Origin: Bacteroidota bacterium
GTDB taxonomy: Bacteria; Bacteroidota; Bacteroidia; Bacteroidales; VadinHA17
Length of the DNA: 64,000 bases
Direction: 5' to 3'
Assembly (NCBI GenBank): GCA_003250475.1
Contig: QKGI01000048.1
Coordinates: 196 to 64,195 of the forward strand
Shown: positions 9,528-17,329 of the stretch, piece by piece
How the letters are laid out: each line of letters begins with the position of its first letter
How positions within the stretch are numbered: the stretch's first letter is position 1
The notes under the pieces: model-generated
Told to the model about the DNA's origin: nothing
The model's database searches: none
Seen by the model: the letters and a program-made list of their open reading frames with translations, nothing else
Translations under genes and position numbers: made by a program

Positions 9528-10852
9528 ATGCCTTCCCCTTTCTTTTCAGCGGTTATCTCTCTTATACGCCTGTTTTCAACAGACTCGATGGTAAACGTAA
9601 ATTCTCCGGCTGAGATAACCCTTCCCTTCGAGGGTATCTCTCCAAGCATCTCCAGCAGCAGTCCTGCCAGTGTCTCCGATTCGCCCCTTATATCGGCGAA
9701 CGGATCATCCTCCTGCCCTGTGATACGATAAAAATCGTTAAGCAGTATCTTTCCGTCGAAGACCCACCTGCCTTCCCCTGTCACCCGGTAAAGAGGCACC
9801 TCCTCGTCAGTCTCATCGGTTATGTCACCAACAATTTCTTCAAGAACATCCTCCAGCGTGACCAGGCCGCTTGTGCCTCCATACTCATCGACAACGATGG
9901 CCATATGTATTTTCTTTGCCTGGAACTCCTTGAGCAGCTCGCTGATCTTTTTTGTTTCCGGGATAACGTAGGCAGGTCTGATAAGTGATTGCCAGCGGAA
10001 AGTATCCGGTTTGCCCAGGTGGGGAAGCAGGTCTTTAACGAAGAGTATTCCCCTGACATTGTCAAAAGAACCGGCATAAACGGGTATGCGTGAAAAGCCT
10101 GATTCGACAACCTCAGGCATAATCGTATGGAAGCCCCTCTGAATATCCAGTGCTGTCACATCAACGCGGGGGCACATAATCGCACTTACACTTATATTGC
10201 CGAACCTGACAACCCCCTCCAGAAGGTCCTTTTCGTCCTTGATCTCCGATGAGGTAAGATCAAGAGCGGCTGAAAGATCGTCAATACTAATACTGCTGTC
10301 TCTTGCCCTTGACCTTTTCCTGACGAAGAAAGAGGAGAAGGAGAGCAAGGATGCCAGTGGCCTGAAGACCTTTGAAGTGAACAGGAGGGCAGGAGCCATC
10401 ATCAGGGCGAACTTGAGCTGGTTGCGTGAGGCAACTACCTTTGGAATGACCTCACAGAAGAGCAACAGTATGAAGGTGATGACCACCACCTCCATGAGAA
10501 AGGCCAGAAGCGGGTGTTTCCCGGGGTCAAAAAGTCTTGAGCTGATGAAGGCTGCAAGGATTATGATTGCGATATTGATAGTGTTGTTCGCTACCAGGAT
10601 GGTACTCAGGAGCCTGTCAGGCTTTGACAGCAGCCTAAGTGCTGTGGAAGCGTTCTTCCCTTTCCTTCGTTGCAGCGTTTCAAGATCATTTGGCGTGAGG
10701 GAGAAGTAAGCCACCTCTGTCCCCGAGATGAAAGCCGAAGATATAATAAGCAGAATCAGAATGATTATCTCTGCTATCAGGGTAAAAGGAGACCCTGCAA
10801 ATGCCGTAAGTGCAACAACCCCTTGATGGGAAAGTGACAGAAGCGTCTCCAA
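9524..10852 (-). CDS. gldE: gliding motility-associated protein GldE (CNNM/DUF21 - CBS pair - CorC_HlyC)
   Basis: N-terminal 4-TM DUF21, CBS pair (IMCPRVDV...RIPVY), C-terminal CorC/HlyC transporter-associated domain. TTG start. Confidence 0.8.
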   Translation of the reverse strand: METLLSLSHQGVVALTAFAGSPFTLIAEIIILILLIISSAFISGTEVAYFSLTPNDLETLQRRKGKNASTALRLLSKPDRLLSTILVANNTINIAIIILAAFISSRLFDPGKHPLLAFLMEVVVITFILLLFCEVIPKVVASRNQLKFALMMAPALLFTSKVFRPLASLLSFSSFFVRKRSRARDSSISIDDLSAALDLTSSEIKDEKDLLEGVVRFGNISVSAIMCPRVDVTALDIQRGFHTIMPEVVESGFSRIPVYAGSFDNVRGILFVKDLLPHLGKPDTFRWQSLIRPAYVIPETKKISELLKEFQAKKIHMAIVVDEYGGTSGLVTLEDVLEEIVGDITDETDEEVPLYRVTGEGRWVFDGKILLNDFYRITGQEDDPFADIRGESETLAGLLLEMLGEIPSKGRVISAGEFTFTIESVENRRIREITAEKKGEGI

Positions 10853-10871
10853 CGTCAGCAGGTTTAATTAA

Positions 10872-11351
10872 CTAAAAAGGCAGATCATCTGCCGTATCAT
10901 GGGTGGTAAGGTCTTCTCCGCTATCGTTTCCTGTCTGTGACGGGCTCTGTGGTGGTGAGGAATAGCCGTTGTTATTTCCCTGGTAACCCTGCCCCTGATT
11001 CTGCCCCTGCTGACCCTGACCGTCAGGCTTACGCCCCAGCAACTGTATCACATCAGCCTCAACCTCAACTATATATCTTTTGTTCCCATCACGATCGTCA
11101 TATGACCGGTACCGCAACTTACCCTCAACAAGGATCTGCGATCCCTTACGGATATAATTTTCCGAAAGCTCGGCAAGCCTTCTCCAGGCAACAATATTGT
11201 GCCACTCTGTCTGTGTCACTTTGTCTCCTCCCCTGGGAGTGTAGGTTTCGCTTGTGGCAAGAGAAAACGATGCCTTGATGTTATTCTCAAAACGGCGGAT
11301 CTCAGGATCCTTTCCGACATTACCCACAAGTATTACTTTATTGAATGACAT
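10872..11351 (-). CDS. ssb: single-stranded DNA-binding protein
   Basis: OB-fold N-terminus (NKVILVGNVGKDPEIR...TEWHNIVAW), Gly/Gln-rich linker, acidic C-terminal tip DDLPF. Confidence 0.92.
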   Translation of the reverse strand: MSFNKVILVGNVGKDPEIRRFENNIKASFSLATSETYTPRGGDKVTQTEWHNIVAWRRLAELSENYIRKGSQILVEGKLRYRSYDDRDGNKRYIVEVEADVIQLLGRKPDGQGQQGQNQGQGYQGNNNGYSSPPQSPSQTGNDSGEDLTTHDTADDLPF

Positions 11352-11562
11352 AGCTTTATTATAAATTGTCCTTTAATAGAAGGATGTAAAGTTACGAAAA
11401 AAAATATTGAGAGGGTCAGAGACGGTCAGAAGGCCGGGGCAGGTAACTTTAAGACCCGGTGTTGAACGCTGTTTTTTTCTCCCTATATTTTATAGGTATC
11501 AAAAAATCAGGTTATTCGGAGCAAAAAAAAAGTATATCAACTATTATTGACAAATAATATTT

Positions 11563-11570
11563 TATATTTG
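11563..11570 (+). promoter_or_regulatory. Bacteroidota-type -7 promoter box (TAtaTTTG) for the HU gene
   Basis: TATATTTGCAC 56 nt upstream of the HU ATG, with an upstream TTG at 11547. Confidence 0.5.
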
Positions 11571-11625
11571 CACATTGAAAAAACAGAATATCAAAATAAT
11601 TTGTTGAATTAAAAATTCTTGCAAA

Positions 11626-11913
11626 ATGACAAAAGCAGACATTGTTAACGAAATTGCCAAGAACACTGGAATTGAGAAAGTGACCGTTCAGAAGACCGTT
11701 GAGGCCTTTATGGAATCAGTAAAAGACTCCATGGTTGCCGGCAATAATGTTTATCTCAGGGGATTTGGCAGCTTCATCGTGAAGAAGCGCGCAAAGAAAA
11801 CAGCCAGGAACATCTCAAAGAATACGACCATTATCATTCCTGCACACAATATCCCGGCATTCAAACCTGCCAAGACCTTTATCAATAAAGTAAAATCACA
11901 CGTTAAGAAATAA
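11626..11913 (+). CDS. hup: HU family DNA-binding protein
   Basis: MTKADIVNEIAK...GFGSFIVKKRAKKTARNISKNTTIIIPAHNIPAFKP, a canonical HU/IHF fold signature. Confidence 0.9.
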   Translation: MTKADIVNEIAKNTGIEKVTVQKTVEAFMESVKDSMVAGNNVYLRGFGSFIVKKRAKKTARNISKNTTIIIPAHNIPAFKPAKTFINKVKSHVKK

Positions 11914-11917
11914 TAAT

Positions 11918-12010
11918 ATGCCAAGCGGTAAAAAAAGAAAGAGGCATAAGATGGCAACCCACAAGCGTAAAAAGCGCTTGCGGAAAGACAGGCATAAGAA
12001 GAAGAAATAG
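11918..12010 (+). CDS. 30-aa highly basic peptide, probable ribosomal protein bS22 (AURKAIP1/COX24-like)
   Basis: Not in the ORF track (<60 aa). ATG at 11918, TAG at 12008. Translation: MPSGKKRKRHKMATHKRKKRLRKDRHKKKK. Starts 4 nt after the HU stop and is followed by an intrinsic-terminator hairpin. The pattern resembles mycobacterial bS22 (KKRRKRMSKKKHRKLLRR). Confidence 0.55.
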   Translation: MPSGKKRKRHKMATHKRKKRLRKDRHKKKK

Positions 12011-12039
12011 CATAAATGCATAGTCTGTAGCTTTTAACC

Positions 12040-12071
12040 CTAACCTAAAGATCCACTGGTCTTTAGGTTAG
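12040..12071 (+). terminator. stem-loop terminator after the HU/bS22-like operon
   Basis: Perfect 12-bp stem CTAACCTAAAGA / TCTTTAGGTTAG with an 8-nt loop, 30 nt after the small ORF stop. No strong T-tract. Confidence 0.55.
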
Positions 12072-12115
12072 TTGCATTATAATAAGACTATTGACTAATT
12101 AACAAATTCCGGAAT

Positions 12116-13672
12116 GTGAGTAAGGATTTAATTATCAGCGTAAGTGATGCTGAGATATCCATTGCACTTCTTGAGGATAAGCAGCTTGTCGAGTTAAATA
12201 AGGAAAAGCGAAATGTTAAGTTCTCTGTAGGCGATATTTACCTGGGAAAGGTAAAGAAGATAATGCCGGGACTTAATGCAGCGTTTGTCAACGTTGGTTT
12301 CGAAAAGGATGCTTTTCTGCATTATCTTGATCTGGGAGCCCAGTTCAGGACCCTTCACCGTTATTACCATCAGGCCACACAGAACAAGGCCAGAGTGACG
12401 CCGGTGTCAAAGTTCAGGCCGGAGCCTGACATTGACAAGGAGGGAAAGATTGCAGATGTCCTGACCCAGGGACAGACAGTGATAGTGCAGATAACCAAGG
12501 AGCCTATCTCTACCAAGGGGCCAAGGCTGGCATCGGAGGTGAGCATAGCAGGGCGCAACCTGGTGCTGATGCCATTTTCAGACAAGGTCTCCGTCTCTTC
12601 CAAGATAGAGAACAATGATGAACGCAACCGTCTCAAGCTCCTGATACAGAGTATCAAGCCCAAAAACTACGGAGTCATTGTACGTACTGTGGCTGAAGGC
12701 AAGAAGGTTGCCTCTCTTGATGCAGAGCTGAAGGAACTTATTAGCAGGTGGGAGACAGCACTCTCTGCGGTCCGGCGTGACGTCAAATCGCCGCGTCTGC
12801 TGCTGGGTGAGATGAACCGCACGACAACGATCCTCAGGGATATACTCAGTACCGACTTCAGTAACATCATCGTTGATGATGAGATGATAGCCGGCGAAGT
12901 AAGAAGTTACATCAGGGAGATTGCCCCTGAGAAGGAAAAGATAGTTAAGGTATACAAGGAGCAGTTCCCCCTCTTCGACCATTATGGTGTGAGCAGGCAG
13001 ATCAAAGGACTCTTTGGCCGCACCATATCATTCAAGGGCGGGTCATACCTTATCATAGAGCATACTGAAGCACTGCACGTCATCGACGTCAACAGCGGCA
13101 ACAGATCAAAAACAGGCTCTGACCAGGAGTCCAACGCCATATCCGTTAACCTCGAAGCGGCAAGAGAGATTGCCCGTCAGCTGCGGCTGAGAGATATGGG
13201 CGGGATAATTGTGGTCGACTTCATTGACATGCAGTCAAATGAAAACCGCCAGTCACTCTTCGACAAGATGAGGGAACTGATGAGCGATGACAGGGCCAAA
13301 CACAATATTTTGCCCCTCAGCAAATTCGGACTGATGCAGATAACACGTCAGCGTGTAAGGCCGGAAATGACCATTATCACTGACGAAAAATGTCCGGTGT
13401 GCAGGGGAGAGGGAAAGACTCCCTCAACCATCCTCCTGACAGATGAAATCGAGAGAACACTCATCTCCATCGTTGAGAAGGTGAAGACACGCAGGTTCAT
13501 CCTGCGTACTCATCCTTATGTGGCAGCCTATCTCAGGGAGGGTTTGTTTTCAATGATCGGGAAGATCAACAAGAAGCATAAAGTTAATATCAAGGTACAG
13601 GGAATTCTTTCCTACCATTTCCTGCAATACGGATTCTTTGACAGGCAGGGGAATGAGATCGATCTTACCTGA
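12116..13672 (+). CDS. rng: Rne/Rng family ribonuclease (RNase E/G)
   Basis: S1 domain (GDIYLGKVKKIMPGLNAAFVNVG), catalytic core (HVIDVNSG, GGIIVVDFIDM), zinc-link CPVCRG. GTG start. Confidence 0.85.
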   Translation: MSKDLIISVSDAEISIALLEDKQLVELNKEKRNVKFSVGDIYLGKVKKIMPGLNAAFVNVGFEKDAFLHYLDLGAQFRTLHRYYHQATQNKARVTPVSKFRPEPDIDKEGKIADVLTQGQTVIVQITKEPISTKGPRLASEVSIAGRNLVLMPFSDKVSVSSKIENNDERNRLKLLIQSIKPKNYGVIVRTVAEGKKVASLDAELKELISRWETALSAVRRDVKSPRLLLGEMNRTTTILRDILSTDFSNIIVDDEMIAGEVRSYIREIAPEKEKIVKVYKEQFPLFDHYGVSRQIKGLFGRTISFKGGSYLIIEHTEALHVIDVNSGNRSKTGSDQESNAISVNLEAAREIARQLRLRDMGGIIVVDFIDMQSNENRQSLFDKMRELMSDDRAKHNILPLSKFGLMQITRQRVRPEMTIITDEKCPVCRGEGKTPSTILLTDEIERTLISIVEKVKTRRFILRTHPYVAAYLREGLFSMIGKINKKHKVNIKVQGILSYHFLQYGFFDRQGNEIDLT

Positions 13673-13695
13673 ATGACACTTTACCGGGAATGACG

Positions 13696-13722
13696 CGACA
13701 GGTATGAATACCATACCTGTCG
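13696..13722. terminator. bidirectional hairpin between convergent genes
   Basis: Perfect 11-bp stem CGACAGGTATG / CATACCTGTCG with a 5-nt loop, in the 105-nt convergent spacer. Confidence 0.5.
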
Positions 13723-13777
13723 TGCATGTCCTGTCCGGTGAACGGCGTGTTTTATACCAGCCTGATATGGCTGCCCC

Positions 13778-14554
13778 TTACAGATAGATTAATCGTCCTG
13801 ATCCTGAGCGGGTGATGCTGACAGACGGATCACCCTGCAGGTACAGGTTGCCGCTTCCGCTTATAACACCCTCAAGATGGTCACTTACGGTGGTGTATAC
13901 CGACCCTGAGCCTGTCATTGTCACCACTGCTGAACCGGTGAGGAGATCCCTGGAGAAGATAGAACCGGATCCGGAAACGACATACCTGTTGCTCATGGTA
14001 ATTCCGCTTGCGGTAAGATCCCCGGACCCCGTGAGGGTAGCCTTGAGCGAGGTGGAGATGATGGCGCCCGTCATGACGTTTCCTGACCCGGAAATAACTA
14101 TTGATGTCTCAATTGCTGACACTGCTCCCGTGATGATGTCACCTGAGCCGCTGGCTACAACCCGCACGTCGTCACTTTCAAGCCCGTCGGCAACAACATC
14201 GCCGGAGCCCGAGCATACAAGATCACTGATAGAAGGTGCTGTAATGGTTATGACCGGTTGTTCAGTATATCTCAGGCAATGTGTTCCGTTTGTAGTTCTT
14301 ATCTCAAGGGCGCCGCCGGTGATATCTGTCTCGATATAGGGCAGTATATTGGTCTCTGCCTCTACGCTTATTGAATACTCATCCCCCTTGATATATTCCA
14401 CATGGAAAGAAGTCGTGTTGGCGATGGCACTGAATGGTACGGCATCCCTGAACTCGGTTTCCACATTACCGTTACCTTCAATGCAGTCTATGAATACTGT
14501 GCATGATGTTAACCCGGCTATAACCATTGTTATTGCAATAATTCCTTTTTTCAT
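13778..14554 (-). CDS. DUF2807 / head-GIN-domain (putative auto-transporter adhesin head) lipoprotein
   Basis: Lipoprotein signal (MKKGIIAITMVIAGLTSC). Repeated GSG(D/N) beta-helix-like units (ASGSGDI, ISGSGNV, LTGSGDL, VSGSGSI, MTGSGSV, ISGSGNL, RSGSGRL). Confidence 0.6.
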   Translation of the reverse strand: MKKGIIAITMVIAGLTSCTVFIDCIEGNGNVETEFRDAVPFSAIANTTSFHVEYIKGDEYSISVEAETNILPYIETDITGGALEIRTTNGTHCLRYTEQPVITITAPSISDLVCSGSGDVVADGLESDDVRVVASGSGDIITGAVSAIETSIVISGSGNVMTGAIISTSLKATLTGSGDLTASGITMSNRYVVSGSGSIFSRDLLTGSAVVTMTGSGSVYTTVSDHLEGVISGSGNLYLQGDPSVSITRSGSGRLIYL

Positions 14555-14622
14555 TTTTGTGTTTTTTACTGTTTTACATAGAAAGACAAAAGAATTCCCC
14601 ACCCGTTGCACTGACCTGAAAG

Positions 14623-15714
14623 CTATTTCTGCAGCAGGCGTATCTCGCCTCTCGTGGCGTCGATCCTGATTTCCGAACGATCAGGATGGCTTCCAACAGC
14701 AGCACTTGTCAGGTACTTTTTCTCCTGGGCGCTGATCTCTTTGCGTTCCGGCTCCGGGCTGAAGCCCGGGAGCGACAGGAAAGCATTTGTATGTATGACC
14801 TCGAGCTTGTAAGAGGCTTTCTCGCTCATGGCAATATCAATATCAGTATATGATGACCGTATATCAATGAGGGTAAATCCCGGATCAATATTTTCAAAAG
14901 AGAGGTTTCCATACTTGGCTGACATGTTTATCTCTCCTGATACTTCATGGGCAATAATATCGCTGAAGTAGCTGACACCCGTTATCTGCCCTGCGTTTCC
15001 GAAGTTAAGGTCATCTCGTTTTGAGTCGAGGTCAAAGGTGTTGCAATTATCTATCCATATCTTTGATGAGACTGAGGTGAGCTTGATACTGCCAGTCTCT
15101 TTCGATCTCAGTTCACTGAACGAGAGAGTCAGTTTCCCCTCGTCAATGCTTCTCACGTTTGCTTTGCAGAATGTAAGTTCCATGAGCTGGGCGTTATGTA
15201 CTGCAGCAGCATCGAGGGAGCCGTTTGACAACCTTAATACAAGCTCACGCGTCTCATCGCCTATATAGACGTCACCGTAACTGTTTGTAATCCTCAGGAC
15301 TGTCCGTGGAGGGCATTCAACATAATAATCGATCTTAAGCCTTGAATCAAAGTTTATCAGGTTCTTTGTTAGTCCCTTAAGGCTTTCAAAGAGAGGGGTG
15401 ATACCCTTTTCAAAAGATGTTTCCGCCCTGACGGTTTCATTTGCCATTGAGAGGCTGACCTTAACGTCTGCCATCATGGCATCGAGCTTGCTTCCGGTAT
15501 TCGATGAGGCGGTTATTTCAACCCTCAGGGAGATCGAGTCTCCCCGCGAATGGCTGACATGTATGTCACCGTATTTGTTTGTTACCTCAAGTACGGGATC
15601 ACTTCCTGCCCTGAATGACCTCCGTAGGGTCTTACTGTCGGATATCTGCTGTGCGCAGAGCAGCACGCCTGCCGGTAGCAGGGCCATCATCATAAGTAAA
15701 TGCCTATAGTTCAT
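14623..15714 (-). CDS. exported beta-strand repeat protein (DUF4097-like putative adhesin)
   Basis: Signal peptide from the ATG at 15714 (MNYRHLLMMMALLPAGVLLCAQQ). Recurring N-x-YGD-(I/V) motifs (TNKYGDIHV, TNSYGDVYI, AKYGNLSF). Start overlaps the anti-sigma stop by 11 nt. Confidence 0.45.
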   Translation of the reverse strand: MNYRHLLMMMALLPAGVLLCAQQISDSKTLRRSFRAGSDPVLEVTNKYGDIHVSHSRGDSISLRVEITASSNTGSKLDAMMADVKVSLSMANETVRAETSFEKGITPLFESLKGLTKNLINFDSRLKIDYYVECPPRTVLRITNSYGDVYIGDETRELVLRLSNGSLDAAAVHNAQLMELTFCKANVRSIDEGKLTLSFSELRSKETGSIKLTSVSSKIWIDNCNTFDLDSKRDDLNFGNAGQITGVSYFSDIIAHEVSGEINMSAKYGNLSFENIDPGFTLIDIRSSYTDIDIAMSEKASYKLEVIHTNAFLSLPGFSPEPERKEISAQEKKYLTSAAVGSHPDRSEIRIDATRGEIRLLQK

Positions 15715-16228
15715 TGCCGGTGATTTTTTTGGGTTCCTGCTCATTCTCTTTCATGAGTTGAAGCATATCCTCAAGAAGTTCTATCCTGAGTCTGTAGTTA
15801 CCGATCAGCGCCTCTATCACCTCACTGCTGGCTATGTTGTCACGCAGGTCCTTGATGATTTCTGCGGATAGAGAGTCAAGTTCGTCCATCCCTACGTTCA
15901 GTTCGGTCTTGATCTCAGGGTTGGCCGTAAGCAGGGGTGCAGCCTCCTCATAGAGTGATTTTATCCGGTTGTCATAGTAGTAGTATGTCTCTCCCACTGC
16001 TGCAACCTGAGGGTCAAGGAGTCTTTCCTTTGACCTGATGACACCTATCACTGCTGTCATGCCCGCTCCGGCGATAATTATCGCTACAGCAGCACGCCAC
16101 AGATAACTGCGCAGATGCCTCTCCCTGCCCGGAAGGTCTGCCTCTATCTTTTTCCAGAGGCCGGGAGAGGGATCCAGGGTATCCATCTTCTCCCTGCCAT
16201 TTATTATATGTCTCTCGAGTTCATCCAT
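15704..16228 (-). CDS. membrane-anchored putative anti-sigma factor
   Basis: 8-nt overlap with the sigma gene. Short cytoplasmic N-terminus, one TM (AAVAIIIAGAGMTAVIGVI), helical periplasmic part. Confidence 0.5.
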   Translation of the reverse strand: MDELERHIINGREKMDTLDPSPGLWKKIEADLPGRERHLRSYLWRAAVAIIIAGAGMTAVIGVIRSKERLLDPQVAAVGETYYYYDNRIKSLYEEAAPLLTANPEIKTELNVGMDELDSLSAEIIKDLRDNIASSEVIEALIGNYRLRIELLEDMLQLMKENEQEPKKITGNEL

Positions 16229-16775
16229 GGCTGTGCATTTCTGACAATATTTCCTTTAGTCTTTTCTTTGCCCTTGCATACTGGGTCTTGGAGGTTGACT
16301 CCGAGATACTCAGTATCTGGGCTATTTCCGTATGATCATAACCTTCCAGCAGATAGAGGCTGAACACTACCCTGTAACCGTCAGGTAATTTCTCTACTGC
16401 CCGGGCTATCGTTGCCTGATCAGGATATGAAGTTTCCTGCGGTTCGACTTCAGGCATCTCGAGCCGGCTGTAGTTGTCAATCAGCACAAGATCCGCCTCT
16501 TTCTTGCGAAGCCTGCTGATGCAGCGGTTGATAACAATGGTTTTAAGCCAGGCACCAAAGGTCGAATCAGTACGGTATGATCCGATGTTCCTGAAGCAAT
16601 CTGTGAAGGCCTCCTGGAGCATGTCCTCGGCCTCCTCCCTGTTCCCGGTGATCCTGTATGCGGTGTTCAACATAGCTTTTGAGTATAGCTCATACAGCCT
16701 GAATTGCGCTCTCCGGCTTCCCCTGCGGCACTCGTCAATGAGTTGATCATGTATATGCAAATCCGTCGTTACCAA
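16221..16775 (-). CDS. RNA polymerase ECF-type sigma-70 factor
   Basis: Region 2 (AEDMLQEAFTDCFRNI...AWLKTIVINRCISRLRKK) and region 4 (GYDHTEIAQILSISESTSKTQYARAKKRLKE). TTG start. Confidence 0.85.
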   Translation of the reverse strand: MVTTDLHIHDQLIDECRRGSRRAQFRLYELYSKAMLNTAYRITGNREEAEDMLQEAFTDCFRNIGSYRTDSTFGAWLKTIVINRCISRLRKKEADLVLIDNYSRLEMPEVEPQETSYPDQATIARAVEKLPDGYRVVFSLYLLEGYDHTEIAQILSISESTSKTQYARAKKRLKEILSEMHSHG

Positions 16776-16798
16776 CTTTCAGGTCGTTCTGCTTAAAT

Positions 16799-16824
16799 GA
16801 CGCAACAAAGGTACACTAGTTGCA
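16799..16824 (-). promoter_or_regulatory. ECF-type promoter candidate TGCAAC-N16-CGTC
   Basis: The minus strand reads CATGCAAC tagtgtacctttgttg CGTC, ending 23 nt upstream of the sigma start codon. Resembles AAC-N16/17-CGTC ECF autoregulatory promoters. CATGCAAC recurs upstream of the sigma gene at 54502. Confidence 0.4.
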
Positions 16825-16895
16825 TGAGAGTAATATATATCATCCGGACTGTCTGGATTTCAATCAAAAATGTTAATCATTGGAAACATTTTTAT

Positions 16896-16903
16896 TATAT
16901 TTG
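16896..16903 (+). promoter_or_regulatory. orphan Bacteroidota-type -7 box (TAtaTTTG)
   Basis: TATATTTGCG with no plus-strand CDS following. About 100 nt upstream of a canonical intrinsic terminator. Confidence 0.4.
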
Positions 16904-16909
16904 CGTTGA

Positions 16910-17033
16910 GTTAATAACCGATTTGGTTTAATCGCCTTTGAGGTTATGATACTTAAAAATGCTTTTTACTGTCCAAAAGCAATTTTTCCATTCTTTTCAT
17001 GGCTGCCCCGACGCCTAGTCGGGGCTTTTTTTT
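16910..17033 (+). ncRNA. candidate ~125-nt small RNA (promoter- and terminator-bounded, family unknown)
   Basis: Bounded by the -7 box at 16896-16903 and the terminator at 17005-17033. Internal hairpins ATAACC/GGTTAT (16914-16947) and GCTTTT/AAAAGC (16961-16980). No convincing ORF. Confidence 0.35.
17005..17033 (+). terminator. canonical Rho-independent terminator
   Basis: 8-bp GC-rich stem GCCCCGAC / GTCGGGGC, 5-nt loop, then 8 consecutive T. There is no plus-strand gene upstream for about 3.3 kb. Confidence 0.75.
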
Positions 17034-17329
17034 ACGGAGGTCGAAGCTTCCCGGCAATTGGAACAATGAGGGAACAGGCATCCCTGCAGAGTATTATCTC
17101 TATGCCCGGAGATGGTGTAGCAACAGATAAGCGGAGTCATATTGCACAGCCTGATCCTCTTCAACGGAAGTAAGGACCATGTCCGCGAGGCTCCCTGTAG
17201 TATGCTCCATGTTTTTTGCCGGACTGACGGTCATTTAACCTTTTTTATGTTTTCATGCCTCCGGCTGGATCACAAACAGGTTGTGATATTCTTATCTTAG
17301 CAACCGTAATCAAACCTATTTTGAAGCAG

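Noticed and set aside
11413-11435. GGTCAGAGACGGTCAGAAGGCC in the ssb/HU intergenic region, which resembles the GGTC(T/G)GAAGGTCAG end motif of the repeat family.
   Set aside because: It has only about two degenerate units, and neither a B-array nor the conserved tail. This could be a relic or chance similarity, and is too weak to count as a fourth copy.
16946-17173. Tracked 75-aa ORF in the sigma/dipeptidase gap.
   Set aside because: It reads straight through a canonical GC-stem + T8 terminator, and has no recognisable motif or membrane/signal features. The region is better explained as a small non-coding transcript.
17140-17200. SRP (4.5S) RNA-like stretch ...CAACGGAAGTAAGGACCATG... in the long gap upstream of the dipeptidase gene.
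   Set aside because: It superficially resembles the CCGGAAGGAAGCAGCC helix 8 motif, but the flanking pairing and the symmetric-loop AGCA residues do not fit. No terminator or promoter delimits it.
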